DNA of 64,000 nt from Patescibacteria group bacterium (GCA_050949505.1 JBMNFV010000001.1:286284-350283); one strand, 5' to 3'. Numbered from the stretch's first letter, positions 23,049 through 33,635 are shown. Numbers and translations are program-made. The notes: generated by a model from the sequence alone, not told the origin.

Positions 23049-25361
23049 ATGGATCAAGCTAATTTATCAACACATCCAGTAGAAACGCCACCAGAGCCTA
23101 GGGCTAAAAAGTACTGGGGCCTAGGGCTAGCTATTGGGGGAGCGGTGCTTTTATTAGCGATTGCTTCTTTTTTTGCCATTACCAGAAATCAAGGCCTATT
23201 TAAGCAAGAGCAGGCCGAGCCGGAAGTTTCTTCAGAAATTATTGTAGAAATAACTGAGGAGGAAGAGGAATTAATAGAGTTAGAGATTAATCCACTCGCT
23301 AATCAATTTGCTCCCTATAATTTACAGACTATCAAAGTTAATCCCGCTATCCCTAAATATCCCCTGGAATCTAATTTAAGTAATATTACTAATTTAGGGC
23401 AATTCTATTTATCAGACCAAGACAAGGAGATGTTGGCGAGAAATCAGTTTATAGTTCGGCCAGACACTTATTCAGAATTTTTCCCGCTATATGAATCTAA
23501 TCGGTATAACAAGATTCCTAGCTTTATTACCACCGACTCTATTTTACATAACTACCATTTGCTCTTTGACTTCTTGCTTAAGCAGTTAGAGGAGCAAAAA
23601 TTATCAGCTGGACTAAAAAAGTTAAGTCAACAAATGTTTGCCAGTGCCCTTGATCAATACAAGACACTACAAGGGACCACTTGGGAAGAGGAGGCTAGGA
23701 GAAATGTGGCCTTCTTTGCCGTAGGCAACAAGCTTTTAGACCCCGAGTTTGTTATCCCTAGCTTGGTAGCTACCGAAGTTAATCAAGAATTAGAGGCCAT
23801 TAACAAACATGAAGACTTAAAAGGTTCTCCGGTGATGAAAGGTTCAACTGATGAAGTATACTTAGAAGACTACACACAGTATATTCCCCGAGGACACTAT
23901 ACTAAGTCAGAAGAGCTAGAAAGATATTTCCGCACAATGATGTGGTACGGAAGATTTACCTTTATTTCAGATAGAGACAGCCAGCTAAAGTCAGCCCTAT
24001 TAATGACTCTCGCTTTAGACGAAGAGGCTAACTTATCTCAATGGAAAAAGCTTTACGAGCCAATTAATTTCTTTGTTGGCAAAAGTGATGACCTCACCTA
24101 CGAGCAAATGATTGGCCTAATTACTCAAGTCTATGGCGAAGAGCAGGATTTGGTGAAAATTAGTCAAGATCAAGCTAGCTTTAGCAGATTTTCTGAGGCG
24201 GTAAATAAATTAGAAGGTCCAAAGATTAACTCTATTCCCATATTTATTGCCTCTTTGGACTCTGATCGTGAAGCGCTAATTAAGGGCTTCAGATTTATGG
24301 GGCAACGCTTTACAGTTGATGCGGAGATTTTCCAGCGCCTAATCACCCGAGAGGTCGGCCCGAAAGGGGGATCTTGCGAGGATGCTCCCTTTGATGAGGG
24401 GCGTATGTTGCCTCAAGGGCTAGATATTCCTGCGGCCCTTGGCTCATCTGAAGCAGAGGCAATTTTAGAGAGTCAGGGAGAAAAAGATTATGCTTGCTAT
24501 CCTGAAAATCTAAGCAAGCTTCAGGTTTATTTAAAAGAATTACCGGAGAATCATTGGCAGCAAAACCTCTACTGGGGCTGGCTATATCAATTACGACCAT
24601 TATTGGAAGAGAGAGGTGAGGGCTATCCAGTCTTTATGCAAAGTTCAGCTTGGACTAGAAAGAGTTTGAGTGCCTTTTTAGGCAGTTGGGCTGAGCTGAA
24701 GCACGATACAATTCTTTATGCCAAGCAAGTCTATGCTGAGTTTGGAGGAGGTTTTCCTCCTGATAATGATGACCGAGGTTATGTTGAACCAAACCCGGAG
24801 GTTTATGCCCGGCTTAGTGCTCTGTTAGAAATGACTATTTCTGGCCTAGAGTCTCGGGACCTGCTAGTTTCAGATCAGAAAGATAATCTCTTATTAATGA
24901 AACAATTAGCCGACTCTTTGCGAGTGATCTCTGAAAAAGAATTAGCCAATGAGAGTTTAAGTGAGGAGGAGTATGAGCTAATTCGTTCTTATGGTGGACA
25001 ACTAGAACATATTTGGTTAGAGATTAATAAAAATGAGCCGGAGTTCATTAACTCTACTGGTGCCAGAGATTATCTCGATCAGAATCCGGCCGCCGTTATC
25101 ACTGATGTCGCTACTGACCCTAATGGGGCAGTATTAGAGGTGGGAGTGGGTAATATTTTCCAGATTCTGGCTATCGTTCCCATTGAGGGACAGCTGCGCT
25201 TAGCTAAGGGAGGGGTTTTCTCCTATTACGAATTCCCCTGGTCAATGAATGACCGCTTAACTAATGAAAAATGGCGAGCGATGATTCGGCCAGATAGCAA
25301 TGTTCCATTGCCAAAATTACCTCAGTGGACTAGTGCGTATCTAGTTAGTAGCCAAGAATAA
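23049..25361 (+). CDS. membrane-anchored DUF3160-like protein
   Basis: N-terminal TM anchor. The YTQYIPRGHYTKSEELERYFRTMMWYGR motif is typical of DUF3160 as I recall it. Confidence 0.55.
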   Translation: MDQANLSTHPVETPPEPRAKKYWGLGLAIGGAVLLLAIASFFAITRNQGLFKQEQAEPEVSSEIIVEITEEEEELIELEINPLANQFAPYNLQTIKVNPAIPKYPLESNLSNITNLGQFYLSDQDKEMLARNQFIVRPDTYSEFFPLYESNRYNKIPSFITTDSILHNYHLLFDFLLKQLEEQKLSAGLKKLSQQMFASALDQYKTLQGTTWEEEARRNVAFFAVGNKLLDPEFVIPSLVATEVNQELEAINKHEDLKGSPVMKGSTDEVYLEDYTQYIPRGHYTKSEELERYFRTMMWYGRFTFISDRDSQLKSALLMTLALDEEANLSQWKKLYEPINFFVGKSDDLTYEQMIGLITQVYGEEQDLVKISQDQASFSRFSEAVNKLEGPKINSIPIFIASLDSDREALIKGFRFMGQRFTVDAEIFQRLITREVGPKGGSCEDAPFDEGRMLPQGLDIPAALGSSEAEAILESQGEKDYACYPENLSKLQVYLKELPENHWQQNLYWGWLYQLRPLLEERGEGYPVFMQSSAWTRKSLSAFLGSWAELKHDTILYAKQVYAEFGGGFPPDNDDRGYVEPNPEVYARLSALLEMTISGLESRDLLVSDQKDNLLLMKQLADSLRVISEKELANESLSEEEYELIRSYGGQLEHIWLEINKNEPEFINSTGARDYLDQNPAAVITDVATDPNGAVLEVGVGNIFQILAIVPIEGQLRLAKGGVFSYYEFPWSMNDRLTNEKWRAMIRPDSNVPLPKLPQWTSAYLVSSQE

Positions 25362-25369
25362 TTAAGTCA

Positions 25370-27079
25370 ATGCTAATTAAAAAGAATAACTGGATAATTA
25401 ACTTACTCCTCCTAGGCTTAATTATAGCCCTAGTCTTTGGTCTAGTTATTTCTAATCAACATCAAGAAGACTTAGAAATTAATTCAGAAGAGCAGGGGAG
25501 TTTGCTTAGTTTAGAATATCCCAACCCTGAACCCAGGATCACCCTGTTAGCAGTGGGTGACCTTTCTTTTTCTCGGGGAGTGGAGATGATGATGGATAGA
25601 AACGATGACCTGTACTACCCTTTTCGGCAGTTAGAAGGATTTTTTCAATCAGCCGATTTAAGTTTCGCTAACTTAGAAAGCCCTCTCACTCCGGGTCGGG
25701 TAATTCAAAGTGGAGAAATGATTTTTAGAGGCAAGTCAGAGATGGCTGAAGTTCTAGCAACTTTGGGAATAGATATTGTTTCTTTAGCTAATAATCATAC
25801 TCCCAACTTTGGAGAAAAAGGACTTAAGGATACCTTTAATAGCTTAACCGACTCAGGAGTTCTTTATGTTGGCGCCGGAGAAACTGACCAGGCGGCTTAT
25901 GCTCCAGTCTATTTAAGCAAGAGCGGCTTGACCTTAGCCTTTATCGCTCACAATGATAGTGATGTGGTGCCGGCTAGTTATCGGGCGAGTAGTGATCGAG
26001 CCGGAACAGCGCTAATGGATAAAGAGCGCTTGCAGGCCGCGATTTTGGAAGCTAAAGAAAAAGCAGACCTGATTATTGTCTCTCTCCATTCAGGAACAGA
26101 ATATGTCCCCCAGCCTAATAGTCGGCAAACAGACTTTGCCCGAGCGGCCATTGACTACGGAGCGGACTTAGTAATTGGCCATCATCCTCATGTGGTACAA
26201 ACCATGGAGCAGTATCAAGGGAAATATATTTTCTATAGCTTAGGTAATTTTGTTTTTGACCAGTCTTGGTCTCAAGAAACTAAAGAAGGCTTGGCGATAG
26301 AGCTAAAACTTAGTCGGCAAGGGGTAATTGAAGTCTATTTCTGGCCAGTGGTGATGGAAAAATTAGCGCAACCACGACTAGCTAAGTCAGCGGAAGCTGA
26401 GAAGATTTTAGCTAGATTGGCTTATCCTCTTGATTTACAGCCCCTTTATTATTGGGATGGTGAAAAGGAAATAGAAACAGTGATTGGCTATTTAAGGGAG
26501 TCTGAAGAGACTAGCAAAGAAGAGTTGGGCAAGTTAGTAAGGGCTGACTTAGATCAGGATGGGATCATTGAAGACTATTTATTATCCGCGGGACAACTGC
26601 AGATAATTAAAGAAGGTCAAATTATTTGGCAATCTCCAGAGGACTGGCAGATTGATGACTTTCAGTTAGCGGATATTAATAATGATGGGGTAGTAGATAT
26701 TAACTTATCGCTATGGAAGCCTGGTAGCTTTGCCAGCTCGCAACCTTTTTGGTTGGCAGAAAACGACTTGAGGGTTAAAAATCATTTCTTTGTCTTAGAC
26801 TACAATCAAGGAGATCCCCAGCCTCTTTGGGGTTCATCAAACTTAGAGCAAGCCAATTGTCAGTTTATAGTCCAAGATTTAGATGGCGATGGTTTTCCTG
26901 AATTATTGACAGTAGAGGGGGAGTATCAAGAGGGGACTGAGTGTCAGGGTAAGTATTTAGCTATTTGGCGCTGGAATGGTTGGGGCTTTGCTAATGAGTG
27001 GCGTAGTGAGGCGGGGGAATTTAAGGACTTAATACTCAAGACAGTTAATCAACAAACATACTTTACCGCCACTAATTAG
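25370..27079 (+). CDS. CapA/PGA_cap family metallophosphatase-like protein with C-terminal FG-GAP/VCBS-like repeats
   Basis: FANLESPLT, LANNHT, SLHSGTEY and GHHPHV motifs. C-terminal DLDQDGIIED, DINNDGVVDI and DLDGDGFPEL repeats. Confidence 0.7.
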   Translation: MLIKKNNWIINLLLLGLIIALVFGLVISNQHQEDLEINSEEQGSLLSLEYPNPEPRITLLAVGDLSFSRGVEMMMDRNDDLYYPFRQLEGFFQSADLSFANLESPLTPGRVIQSGEMIFRGKSEMAEVLATLGIDIVSLANNHTPNFGEKGLKDTFNSLTDSGVLYVGAGETDQAAYAPVYLSKSGLTLAFIAHNDSDVVPASYRASSDRAGTALMDKERLQAAILEAKEKADLIIVSLHSGTEYVPQPNSRQTDFARAAIDYGADLVIGHHPHVVQTMEQYQGKYIFYSLGNFVFDQSWSQETKEGLAIELKLSRQGVIEVYFWPVVMEKLAQPRLAKSAEAEKILARLAYPLDLQPLYYWDGEKEIETVIGYLRESEETSKEELGKLVRADLDQDGIIEDYLLSAGQLQIIKEGQIIWQSPEDWQIDDFQLADINNDGVVDINLSLWKPGSFASSQPFWLAENDLRVKNHFFVLDYNQGDPQPLWGSSNLEQANCQFIVQDLDGDGFPELLTVEGEYQEGTECQGKYLAIWRWNGWGFANEWRSEAGEFKDLILKTVNQQTYFTATN

Positions 27080-27144
27080 TAGTTATCAAAAGTGGAAATA
27101 TATGCTAAGCTATCAGTAGCTTAATTAATTATTATATAAAATTT

Positions 27145-27885
27145 ATGAAATTAACTGGTAAAACTGCCATTGTCACTGGAGCTAAGCAAGGCATCGGTAA
27201 GGGAATTGCTTTGGCCCTAGCTCAAGCGGGCGCCAAGGTAGTAGTCTCAGACCTAGACTTAACAGAGAGTCAATTAGTGGTAGACGAAATTATTGCCCAA
27301 GGAGGAGAGGCCTTAGCAGTTAAATGTGATGTTACTAAAAAAGAAGAAATTGAGGCAATGATCACCCAGACTAAAGAGACTTTTCAGTCGGTAGATATTC
27401 TGGTTAATAACGCTGGAGTCTTTCCCGCTAAGAGCTTTACGGAAATGAGTGAAGCTGATTGGGATTGGGTAATGAACATTAATGTTAAGGGTGTTTTTCT
27501 CTGCACCCAAGAGGCCTTAAAGGTCATGCCAGATGGCGGACGAATTATTAATATCTCATCTATTGCCGGCACGATTGGTTTCCCAGGCTTAACTCACTAC
27601 TGTGCTTCTAAGGGAGCGGTAAATTCTTTGGCTCGGGCCTTAGCCCTAGAGCTAGCCCCTCGTCAGATTACGGTTAACAATGTTGCTCCAGGAGCGATTG
27701 AGACGCCGGGAGCGAGTGGTGCTCAAGATGAGCAAACTAAGCAGCAAACTACTTTAGCCATTCCTTTAGCTCGTCAAGGAGAACCAGCCGATATTGCTCA
27801 GGCGGTTGTCTATTTAGCCTCTCCAGGAGCTAACTATGTGACCGGGCAAACAATTACCGTTGATGGCGGCTGGACGGTGCAATAA
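27145..27885 (+). CDS. SDR-family oxidoreductase (FabG-like 3-oxoacyl reductase)
   Basis: TGAKQGIG Rossmann motif, NNAG, catalytic YCASK, PGAIETP. Confidence 0.85.
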   Translation: MKLTGKTAIVTGAKQGIGKGIALALAQAGAKVVVSDLDLTESQLVVDEIIAQGGEALAVKCDVTKKEEIEAMITQTKETFQSVDILVNNAGVFPAKSFTEMSEADWDWVMNINVKGVFLCTQEALKVMPDGGRIINISSIAGTIGFPGLTHYCASKGAVNSLARALALELAPRQITVNNVAPGAIETPGASGAQDEQTKQQTTLAIPLARQGEPADIAQAVVYLASPGANYVTGQTITVDGGWTVQ

Positions 27886-27910
27886 ATTACTACAAAGATT
27901 AGCCTATTTA

Positions 27911-27932
27911 AAAACCGACTTAGTCGGTTTTT
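27911..27932 (+). terminator. intrinsic terminator
   Basis: aaaaccgac-tta-gtcggtttt hairpin. Confidence 0.6.
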
Positions 27933-27981
27933 GCTTAGTCTAATTTATGATAAAATAGTCTTGTTAGCAATAAGATGATTT

Positions 27982-28677
27982 ATGAATAAGGAAGAGATAA
28001 ATTCAGAGTGGCAGGTAGCTCTAAGGGACTACCTTCAAACAGACAGCTTCTTAGCCTTGGCTGAATTTGTTCGTCAAGAATATTTAAGCAAAGAAGTATA
28101 TCCTCCCTTAGAGAACCTATTCAAAGCCTTGACGTTAACACCCTTTTCACAAGTGAAGGTAATTATTTTAGGACAAGACCCTTATCATGGCCCAGGCCAA
28201 GCTCAGGGTCTAAGTTTTTCCGTTCCCGCGGGCGTTCCTTTGCCGCCTTCTTTAAGAAATATCTATCAAGAACTGTTAGCGGACTGCTATCCAGATAAGC
28301 ACTTAGACTGGTCCCTTAGTTCAGGCGACCTGTCGGCTTGGGCCGAGCAAGGAGTGTTGTTGCTTAACGCGATTTTAAGTGTGGTGGCTCAGCAGCCCGC
28401 CTCCCATCGGGGTCAGGGTTGGGAGGAATTTACCGATATGGTGATCAAAACTTTATCAAATGAGCACGAACACTTAGTCTTTTTGCTTTGGGGTAATTAT
28501 GCGCGAGGCAAGAAGGGGCTAATAGACGAGACTAAGCATTTAATTTTAGAAGCTCCGCATCCCTCACCTCTCTCAGCCTATCAAGGCTTCTTTGGTAGTC
28601 GCCATTTTTCCGCTTGTAATCAGCAGTTGAGGCAGTGGGGACAGTCGGAAATAGATTGGCTAAGAGTATTTAAATAG
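27982..28677 (+). CDS. ung: uracil-DNA glycosylase (family 1)
   Basis: VIILGQDPYHGPGQAQGLSFSV (water-activating loop), LLLNAILSV, HPSPLSA. Confidence 0.92.
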   Translation: MNKEEINSEWQVALRDYLQTDSFLALAEFVRQEYLSKEVYPPLENLFKALTLTPFSQVKVIILGQDPYHGPGQAQGLSFSVPAGVPLPPSLRNIYQELLADCYPDKHLDWSLSSGDLSAWAEQGVLLLNAILSVVAQQPASHRGQGWEEFTDMVIKTLSNEHEHLVFLLWGNYARGKKGLIDETKHLILEAPHPSPLSAYQGFFGSRHFSACNQQLRQWGQSEIDWLRVFK

Positions 28678-28803
28678 GGTTGCTAGCCTTGATTTTTCTA
28701 AAAATTAACAGTATAGTAGCTAAAGAGATCATTAACATTATTAACCAAACAAGGAGGTCATTGACGAGATTGTTAGAAAGCAGGGTAAGTCAGTGAAATA
28801 ATT

Positions 28804-29184
28804 ATGATAATTGTATATTGCCCCGGTTGCCGTCGGATTAAGATAGAGTCCGAGGCAATCAAAGAAATGGAGCAAAGTTTTAAAGAGGCGGAAGCGGAAG
28901 AAATAGAAGCTGCCCGGGAACAAATAAGACAAGCTAGCTCTCAAGAGGAGTTAGATGAAATTAATCAAAGTCTGGAGCTACAAACCCGACAGTGCCTCTC
29001 AGCAGTTGAAGAATTTGAGGGGGAAATATGGGTAGAGTTAAATGATGCAGAGTGGGGAGCCATACATATGTTTATGAATTCTCCTAATCTGCTTTACATA
29101 GCGGACAACTATGCGGACTATCCGGAGCTCTGTCCCGAGTGCTTATTCGCTCAAGAAAAGAGCGAGCAAGCACAAAAAAACTAA
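28804..29184 (+). CDS. hypothetical acidic protein with a split Cys4 (CPGC...CPEC) zinc-ribbon-like arrangement
   Basis: 126 aa, with CxxC at residues 6-9 and near the C-terminus. Confidence 0.45.
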   Translation: MIIVYCPGCRRIKIESEAIKEMEQSFKEAEAEEIEAAREQIRQASSQEELDEINQSLELQTRQCLSAVEEFEGEIWVELNDAEWGAIHMFMNSPNLLYIADNYADYPELCPECLFAQEKSEQAQKN

Positions 29185-29185
29185 G

Positions 29186-29208
29186 AGAAGGCCTAGCCTT
29201 CTTTTTTT
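29186..29208 (+). terminator. intrinsic terminator
   Basis: agaaggc-cta-gccttct hairpin plus T7. Confidence 0.65.
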
Positions 29209-29313
29209 AAGATAAAATTGAATTAAATTTTAGTTTATTCTTTCCTTTAAATATGCTAATATTTGTCTTAGGCAAAGGAATATCCATTGTTGGGAGATTT
29301 TATTATAAAAAAT

Positions 29314-30831
29314 ATGGTTGAGAGAAATAAGGTAGTATTAATTATTAGAGATGGTTGGGGCTATCGTCAGGCAACTAAGCATAATTATATTGCTGCCGCT
29401 AAAACCCCTAATGAAGACCGCTATTTACAGCAGCACCCCCACGGTTTGCTCCAAGCCAGCGGGGAGGCCGTCGGTCTAAGCAAGGGCTATCAGGGCAACT
29501 CTGAGGTAGGGCATTTAACTCTTGGCTCTGGGAGGATTATTTTCCAAGCCCTAGAGCAAATTAATCAGGCCATAGCTAATGGTGAGTTTTTTAATAATCA
29601 AGCGCTACTTAAACTTATTAACTATTGTCAGAAAAAGAATCAACCCCTTCATCTAATTACCTTGCTACAAACCCAGGGAGTCCATGCTCATCTTGATCAC
29701 CTGTTAGCGCTACTGGACCTTTGTCAGCAGGAGAAATTTAGCAATATCTTAATCCATGTTATTACTGACGGCCGAGATGCACCAGTTACGGAGAGTCTGA
29801 AGCACTTAAGGCGCGTAAATAGGAAGATGGCAGAATTAGGAATTGGCAAGATCGCCACTATCTCTGGTCGCTATTATGCCATGGATAGAGACCAGCGCTG
29901 GGCGAGAACTAAGTTGGCCTATCAAGCAATAGCTCAAGGACAGGGCAGGGAGTTTATTGAGCCAATTAAATTCCTTAAAGCCTGTCATCAGGCCGGTGAG
30001 ACGGATGAGTTTATCAAACCAAGTTGTGCTAAGGGATATCAAGGAATAGAGTCAGGAGCGGGGGTGATTTTTGTTAATTTCCGCACAGATAGAACCAGGC
30101 AGCTAACCCAGGCCCTAAGCGAGCCTCAGTTTGCTGGGTTTAAGCGCCAATTAATCCCCTTGAAGATGGTAAGCATGACCAACTACTACCAACAGCAAGT
30201 AGCAAAAATAGCTTTTCCTAATCAAAAATTAACTAAATTGCTAGGAGAAGTGGTTGCTCAAGCGGGACTAAGACAATTAAGGATTAGTGAGACGGAAAAA
30301 TATGCCCATGTCACTTTTTTCTTTAATGGGCAAAAAGAAGTTCCCTTTCAGGGAGAGGACAGAATTTTAATCAAGTCTCCTCAAGTTGCTACCTATGACC
30401 TACAACCAGAGATGAGTGCCCCAAAAATTAGTCAGGCCTTGTGTCGGGAAATTAAGACTGAAAAATATGACTTAATTATTGTAAATTTAGTAAATGGTGA
30501 TATGGTCGGACATACCGCTAAGCACCAGGCGATTATCAAGGCCATTGAGGCGGTTGATAAAGCTCAGGGAGAAATAGTTAAGGCCGCCCTAGCTAAAAAC
30601 TATACCTGCCTATTATTAGCTGACCATGGCAATGCAGAAGACAAGGGACCCAAAACCATGACTAGCCATACCACTAATCCCGTGCCGGTAATTTTAGTTA
30701 GCAATCGTCCAGCTCTGCAAGCCAAGAAATTTAGGCGAGGCGGAGGACTACAAGATGTTGCCCCCACTATCCTTGCCCTACTAGGGCTAAACAAACCCCG
30801 GGAAATGACTGGAGAAAACCTGTTGAGCTAG
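29314..30831 (+). CDS. gpmI: 2,3-bisphosphoglycerate-independent phosphoglycerate mutase
   Basis: VVLIIRDGWGY, GNSEVGHLTLGSGR (catalytic Ser), ITDGRD, NGDMVGHT, ADHGNAE. ATG 29314 chosen over the upstream TTG. Confidence 0.88.
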   Translation: MVERNKVVLIIRDGWGYRQATKHNYIAAAKTPNEDRYLQQHPHGLLQASGEAVGLSKGYQGNSEVGHLTLGSGRIIFQALEQINQAIANGEFFNNQALLKLINYCQKKNQPLHLITLLQTQGVHAHLDHLLALLDLCQQEKFSNILIHVITDGRDAPVTESLKHLRRVNRKMAELGIGKIATISGRYYAMDRDQRWARTKLAYQAIAQGQGREFIEPIKFLKACHQAGETDEFIKPSCAKGYQGIESGAGVIFVNFRTDRTRQLTQALSEPQFAGFKRQLIPLKMVSMTNYYQQQVAKIAFPNQKLTKLLGEVVAQAGLRQLRISETEKYAHVTFFFNGQKEVPFQGEDRILIKSPQVATYDLQPEMSAPKISQALCREIKTEKYDLIIVNLVNGDMVGHTAKHQAIIKAIEAVDKAQGEIVKAALAKNYTCLLLADHGNAEDKGPKTMTSHTTNPVPVILVSNRPALQAKKFRRGGGLQDVAPTILALLGLNKPREMTGENLLS

Positions 30832-30912
30832 GGTTTCTTTAGTTTTAAAGTTAATCGTAAAGAGAAGATAATATTTTAATTAGCTTCTTTTTTTAATAAA
30901 AACTTTAAATAA

Positions 30913-30941
30913 TTGACAAGATTAGTTATTTTAGGTAATAT
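30913..30941 (+). promoter_or_regulatory. sigma70-like promoter
   Basis: TTGACA (30913..30918), 17 nt spacer, TAATAT (30936..30941). Confidence 0.4.
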
Positions 30942-31013
30942 ATCAATAATTCTTTAACAATAATGGCCCAACAAAAATACTGGGCTTAATATTAACCAAA
31001 AAAAATTGTAAAA

Positions 31014-31436
31014 ATGAAAAAGAACGGAAAAAAAAGAGGAGAATGGGTGTTAAGAGATCAGGTCTGGATGCGCAATGGGGTGTATTACCCTAACGTAGCC
31101 CGGATCAAGTCGGACAGAGTATTACGCTGTACCGATGTCAGAAATTATTTTTTACCAGGCACTTTTGTGCATTATTGCACAAACCTGGTTTACCGGGAAG
31201 AGTTTGCTAAGGGTGAAGTCCTTTATCTTGCTTCCGTAAAGGAGGTAGATGGGAACAACTCTTGCCCCATCCCATTGGGGATGTTGGAGTTCACTCCCAG
31301 ACAAAAGAGAGAACTATTAGCTGAGGGAATTCCTCCTGAAGCTTTTAAAAAACTCCCCTCCAGGGTCTTTCCAAATGACCTGGAGGAGCCTTATGGATTA
31401 GATTTGGGGAGCGTTTATGACTTCTGGGAATACTAA
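31014..31436 (+). CDS. hypothetical protein
   Basis: 140 aa ORF with its own promoter and terminator. No motif recognised. Confidence 0.45.
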   Translation: MKKNGKKRGEWVLRDQVWMRNGVYYPNVARIKSDRVLRCTDVRNYFLPGTFVHYCTNLVYREEFAKGEVLYLASVKEVDGNNSCPIPLGMLEFTPRQKRELLAEGIPPEAFKKLPSRVFPNDLEEPYGLDLGSVYDFWEY

Positions 31437-31459
31437 TCTCAGAAGCATTTAGAAATATT

Positions 31460-31485
31460 AGGAGCTTGAAATAAGCTCCTTTTTT
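31460..31485 (+). terminator. intrinsic terminator
   Basis: aggagctt-gaaat-aagctcct hairpin plus T5. Confidence 0.65.
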
Positions 31486-31538
31486 ATTATCTCGGGTTTA
31501 ATGGTCAAAAATGGTTGGTGAAAACACAGTTAATTTGC

Positions 31539-31567
31539 TTGACCTGGCCAGTTAAATGGCTTAGAAT
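31539..31567 (+). promoter_or_regulatory. sigma70-like promoter giving a leader of about 125 nt
   Basis: TTGACC (31539..31544), 17 nt spacer, TAGAAT (31562..31567). Confidence 0.4.
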
Positions 31568-31699
31568 GAAGGGAAATCTAATTTAAAGCAAATTAGTGAT
31601 TGTTTTTTAACAAATAATTAACACTTTGGATTGATAGTCAGTCCCGTAGCTTATTGGCCTGACTATCAATCTAATGTTTAATTTAAAAATAGTTTTATC

Positions 31700-33193
31700 A
31701 TGAGAAAAAAATCTTTTTTTACCATGGGCTTAGCGATAGTTAGCCTGGTAGCAGTTGTATTATTATCTGGTTGTGAGCTAGACTATTTCGAAAGAAATAG
31801 TCCCATCGAAGAGGTTCCCAAGATAGTGTCTATAGAAATGAGGGGAATTTGGGCGGAAAGTGTTCACATTTCTATTGAAGTGAATGTCAGTCTAGATGAA
31901 TATGATCTGAGCCTTAAAGTTAACGAAGCTTCTCAAGTTAAAATAACAAGCAGGGTCAGAGAAAAATATTTACGTGTTCATAAGCTGGACAATCTAGAGC
32001 CAGATACGGATTATTCTGTGGAGATTATTCTCCATAACAACAAAGGTGAGGAGGTAGATAGAGGAGAGATTTCTTTTAGAACCGACATCCGATATGTAAC
32101 TGAAGGCGATGCCTTTATTATACCTGGAGCAAGAATCATGTTTGTAGCAACAGACTCAGAGGAGGCAGTTTATGCTATTGGTACCTACGGAGGAAGACCC
32201 AGAGACAAAGACAGCTTTGTCGCTAAAATGGATAACAAGGGAAAGTTATTATGGCGAAATAATATCATTACTCCTGGGCATAGCCATGGTGCTTCTATAA
32301 ATCCAATATTGGTTGATGAGGAAAAGAATTGCTTATATTTTCTTAATCACCAAAATTGCTCTGGTCCAATAAAAAAGGAAAATTTTTTCATTAACTCTTA
32401 TCGCCTAGATGATGGTGAGTTAAATTGGAGTAAAGATTACCAGGGAACATTTTCTTATGCTAAGTTTGACCTTGATAAAAACATAGTTATTTGCTTTGAC
32501 GACAGGGGGATTTATAAAATAAATTCCCAGGGAGATGTTATTGACTCTTATACTGGCGAGCATCGGGAAGGGGTAATCTATTTCTATCAAGAAAATGGTA
32601 TAAATAAGTTGCTTTTGGTTAATGTTAAGAAGAGTGAAGAGAAGAGTGAAGATTGGACAGATTATGTAAAAGTAGTAGCGATTGTTTACCAAGATTTCTT
32701 TAAAGTTAAGTTGTCTGAGGCAAGCATAGAGAAGCATCAACTGGGATCGCCTTTTAGAATGACTGGCCTTATTAGATTAGAATCGGAAGACAGGTTTGAG
32801 GCTGAATTCGTTGGCTATTATAGGAGATTTAATATGGATGAAAGTTTTAAGATTTGCGCTAACTTAACGATCTCAGGAAGGTTTGATGGAGACAGTATTC
32901 ACTCATTAGGAATGGGAGGTCTTAGGGAGTATACTGTTTATACAGAGAGGATGCCAGGGGGCCCCTATTATATAGAAACTGAAGATTACTATTTTGAAGT
33001 ACATGAGACTTTTTTTACTAAACCCTACTGGAATAGCAAGAAGCCGGGTATTCCATCGGTAGGATCTAATACAGAGATGTCAGGACGGATAGCCCCAACT
33101 GAATGGGGAGGGTATATGTCAATAGGGGATGGATTTGATATAGTGGGGAAAGTCTATCATCCCGATTGGGCTTGGTTAGAACAATTTGACTGA
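31700..33193 (+). CDS. putative lipoprotein, hypothetical (beta-rich)
   Basis: Signal peptide with lipobox LLSGC. 497 aa with no catalytic motif recognised. Confidence 0.55.
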   Translation: MRKKSFFTMGLAIVSLVAVVLLSGCELDYFERNSPIEEVPKIVSIEMRGIWAESVHISIEVNVSLDEYDLSLKVNEASQVKITSRVREKYLRVHKLDNLEPDTDYSVEIILHNNKGEEVDRGEISFRTDIRYVTEGDAFIIPGARIMFVATDSEEAVYAIGTYGGRPRDKDSFVAKMDNKGKLLWRNNIITPGHSHGASINPILVDEEKNCLYFLNHQNCSGPIKKENFFINSYRLDDGELNWSKDYQGTFSYAKFDLDKNIVICFDDRGIYKINSQGDVIDSYTGEHREGVIYFYQENGINKLLLVNVKKSEEKSEDWTDYVKVVAIVYQDFFKVKLSEASIEKHQLGSPFRMTGLIRLESEDRFEAEFVGYYRRFNMDESFKICANLTISGRFDGDSIHSLGMGGLREYTVYTERMPGGPYYIETEDYYFEVHETFFTKPYWNSKKPGIPSVGSNTEMSGRIAPTEWGGYMSIGDGFDIVGKVYHPDWAWLEQFD

Positions 33194-33207
33194 TAGTCCT
33201 AAATAAA

Positions 33208-33241
33208 ATAAAGCTCCGAGAAAAAATCTCGGAGTTTTTTA
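33208..33241. terminator. bidirectional terminator between convergent genes
   Basis: ctccgag-aaaaaat-ctcggag hairpin flanked by an A run and a T run. Confidence 0.6.
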
Positions 33242-33257
33242 TTACAGTCCCTAAAGT

Positions 33258-33629
33258 TTATTTTAATTCTTTTTCAAAAAAGTCTAGCACCTGTCTAAGA
33301 CCGAGATAGCAAGTGGCCCGCTGGCGACCATCAAAGACAAAGGGGACCCCGGCTTGACTGCGATCTAGTCCGCAGCTAGCGGCCTTCTCATAAAATAGCT
33401 GAGACTGCTCAGGAGAAGAAATCTCATAACTGAGGAAGGCTAGAGAATTAGGCAGTTGCTGTTCGGTGATAAATTCGTTTATTGTTAAGCAGTGAGGACA
33501 GCGTTGTCCGTAGAAATAAATCACTTTAGGAGGAGCGGTGCAGCGACTAATTACTAGGCCAATAATCAAGAAAAATAAAACAAAACTAATGAAATAAGCT
33601 AGGAAGAAGTTTTTTCTAGGCTGGCTCAT
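33258..33629 (-). CDS. membrane-anchored thioredoxin/glutaredoxin-like protein
   Basis: N-terminal TM anchor, then the CPHC motif (YGQRCPHCLTI). Confidence 0.6.
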   Translation of the reverse strand: MSQPRKNFFLAYFISFVLFFLIIGLVISRCTAPPKVIYFYGQRCPHCLTINEFITEQQLPNSLAFLSYEISSPEQSQLFYEKAASCGLDRSQAGVPFVFDGRQRATCYLGLRQVLDFFEKELK

Positions 33630-33635
33630 AAATTA

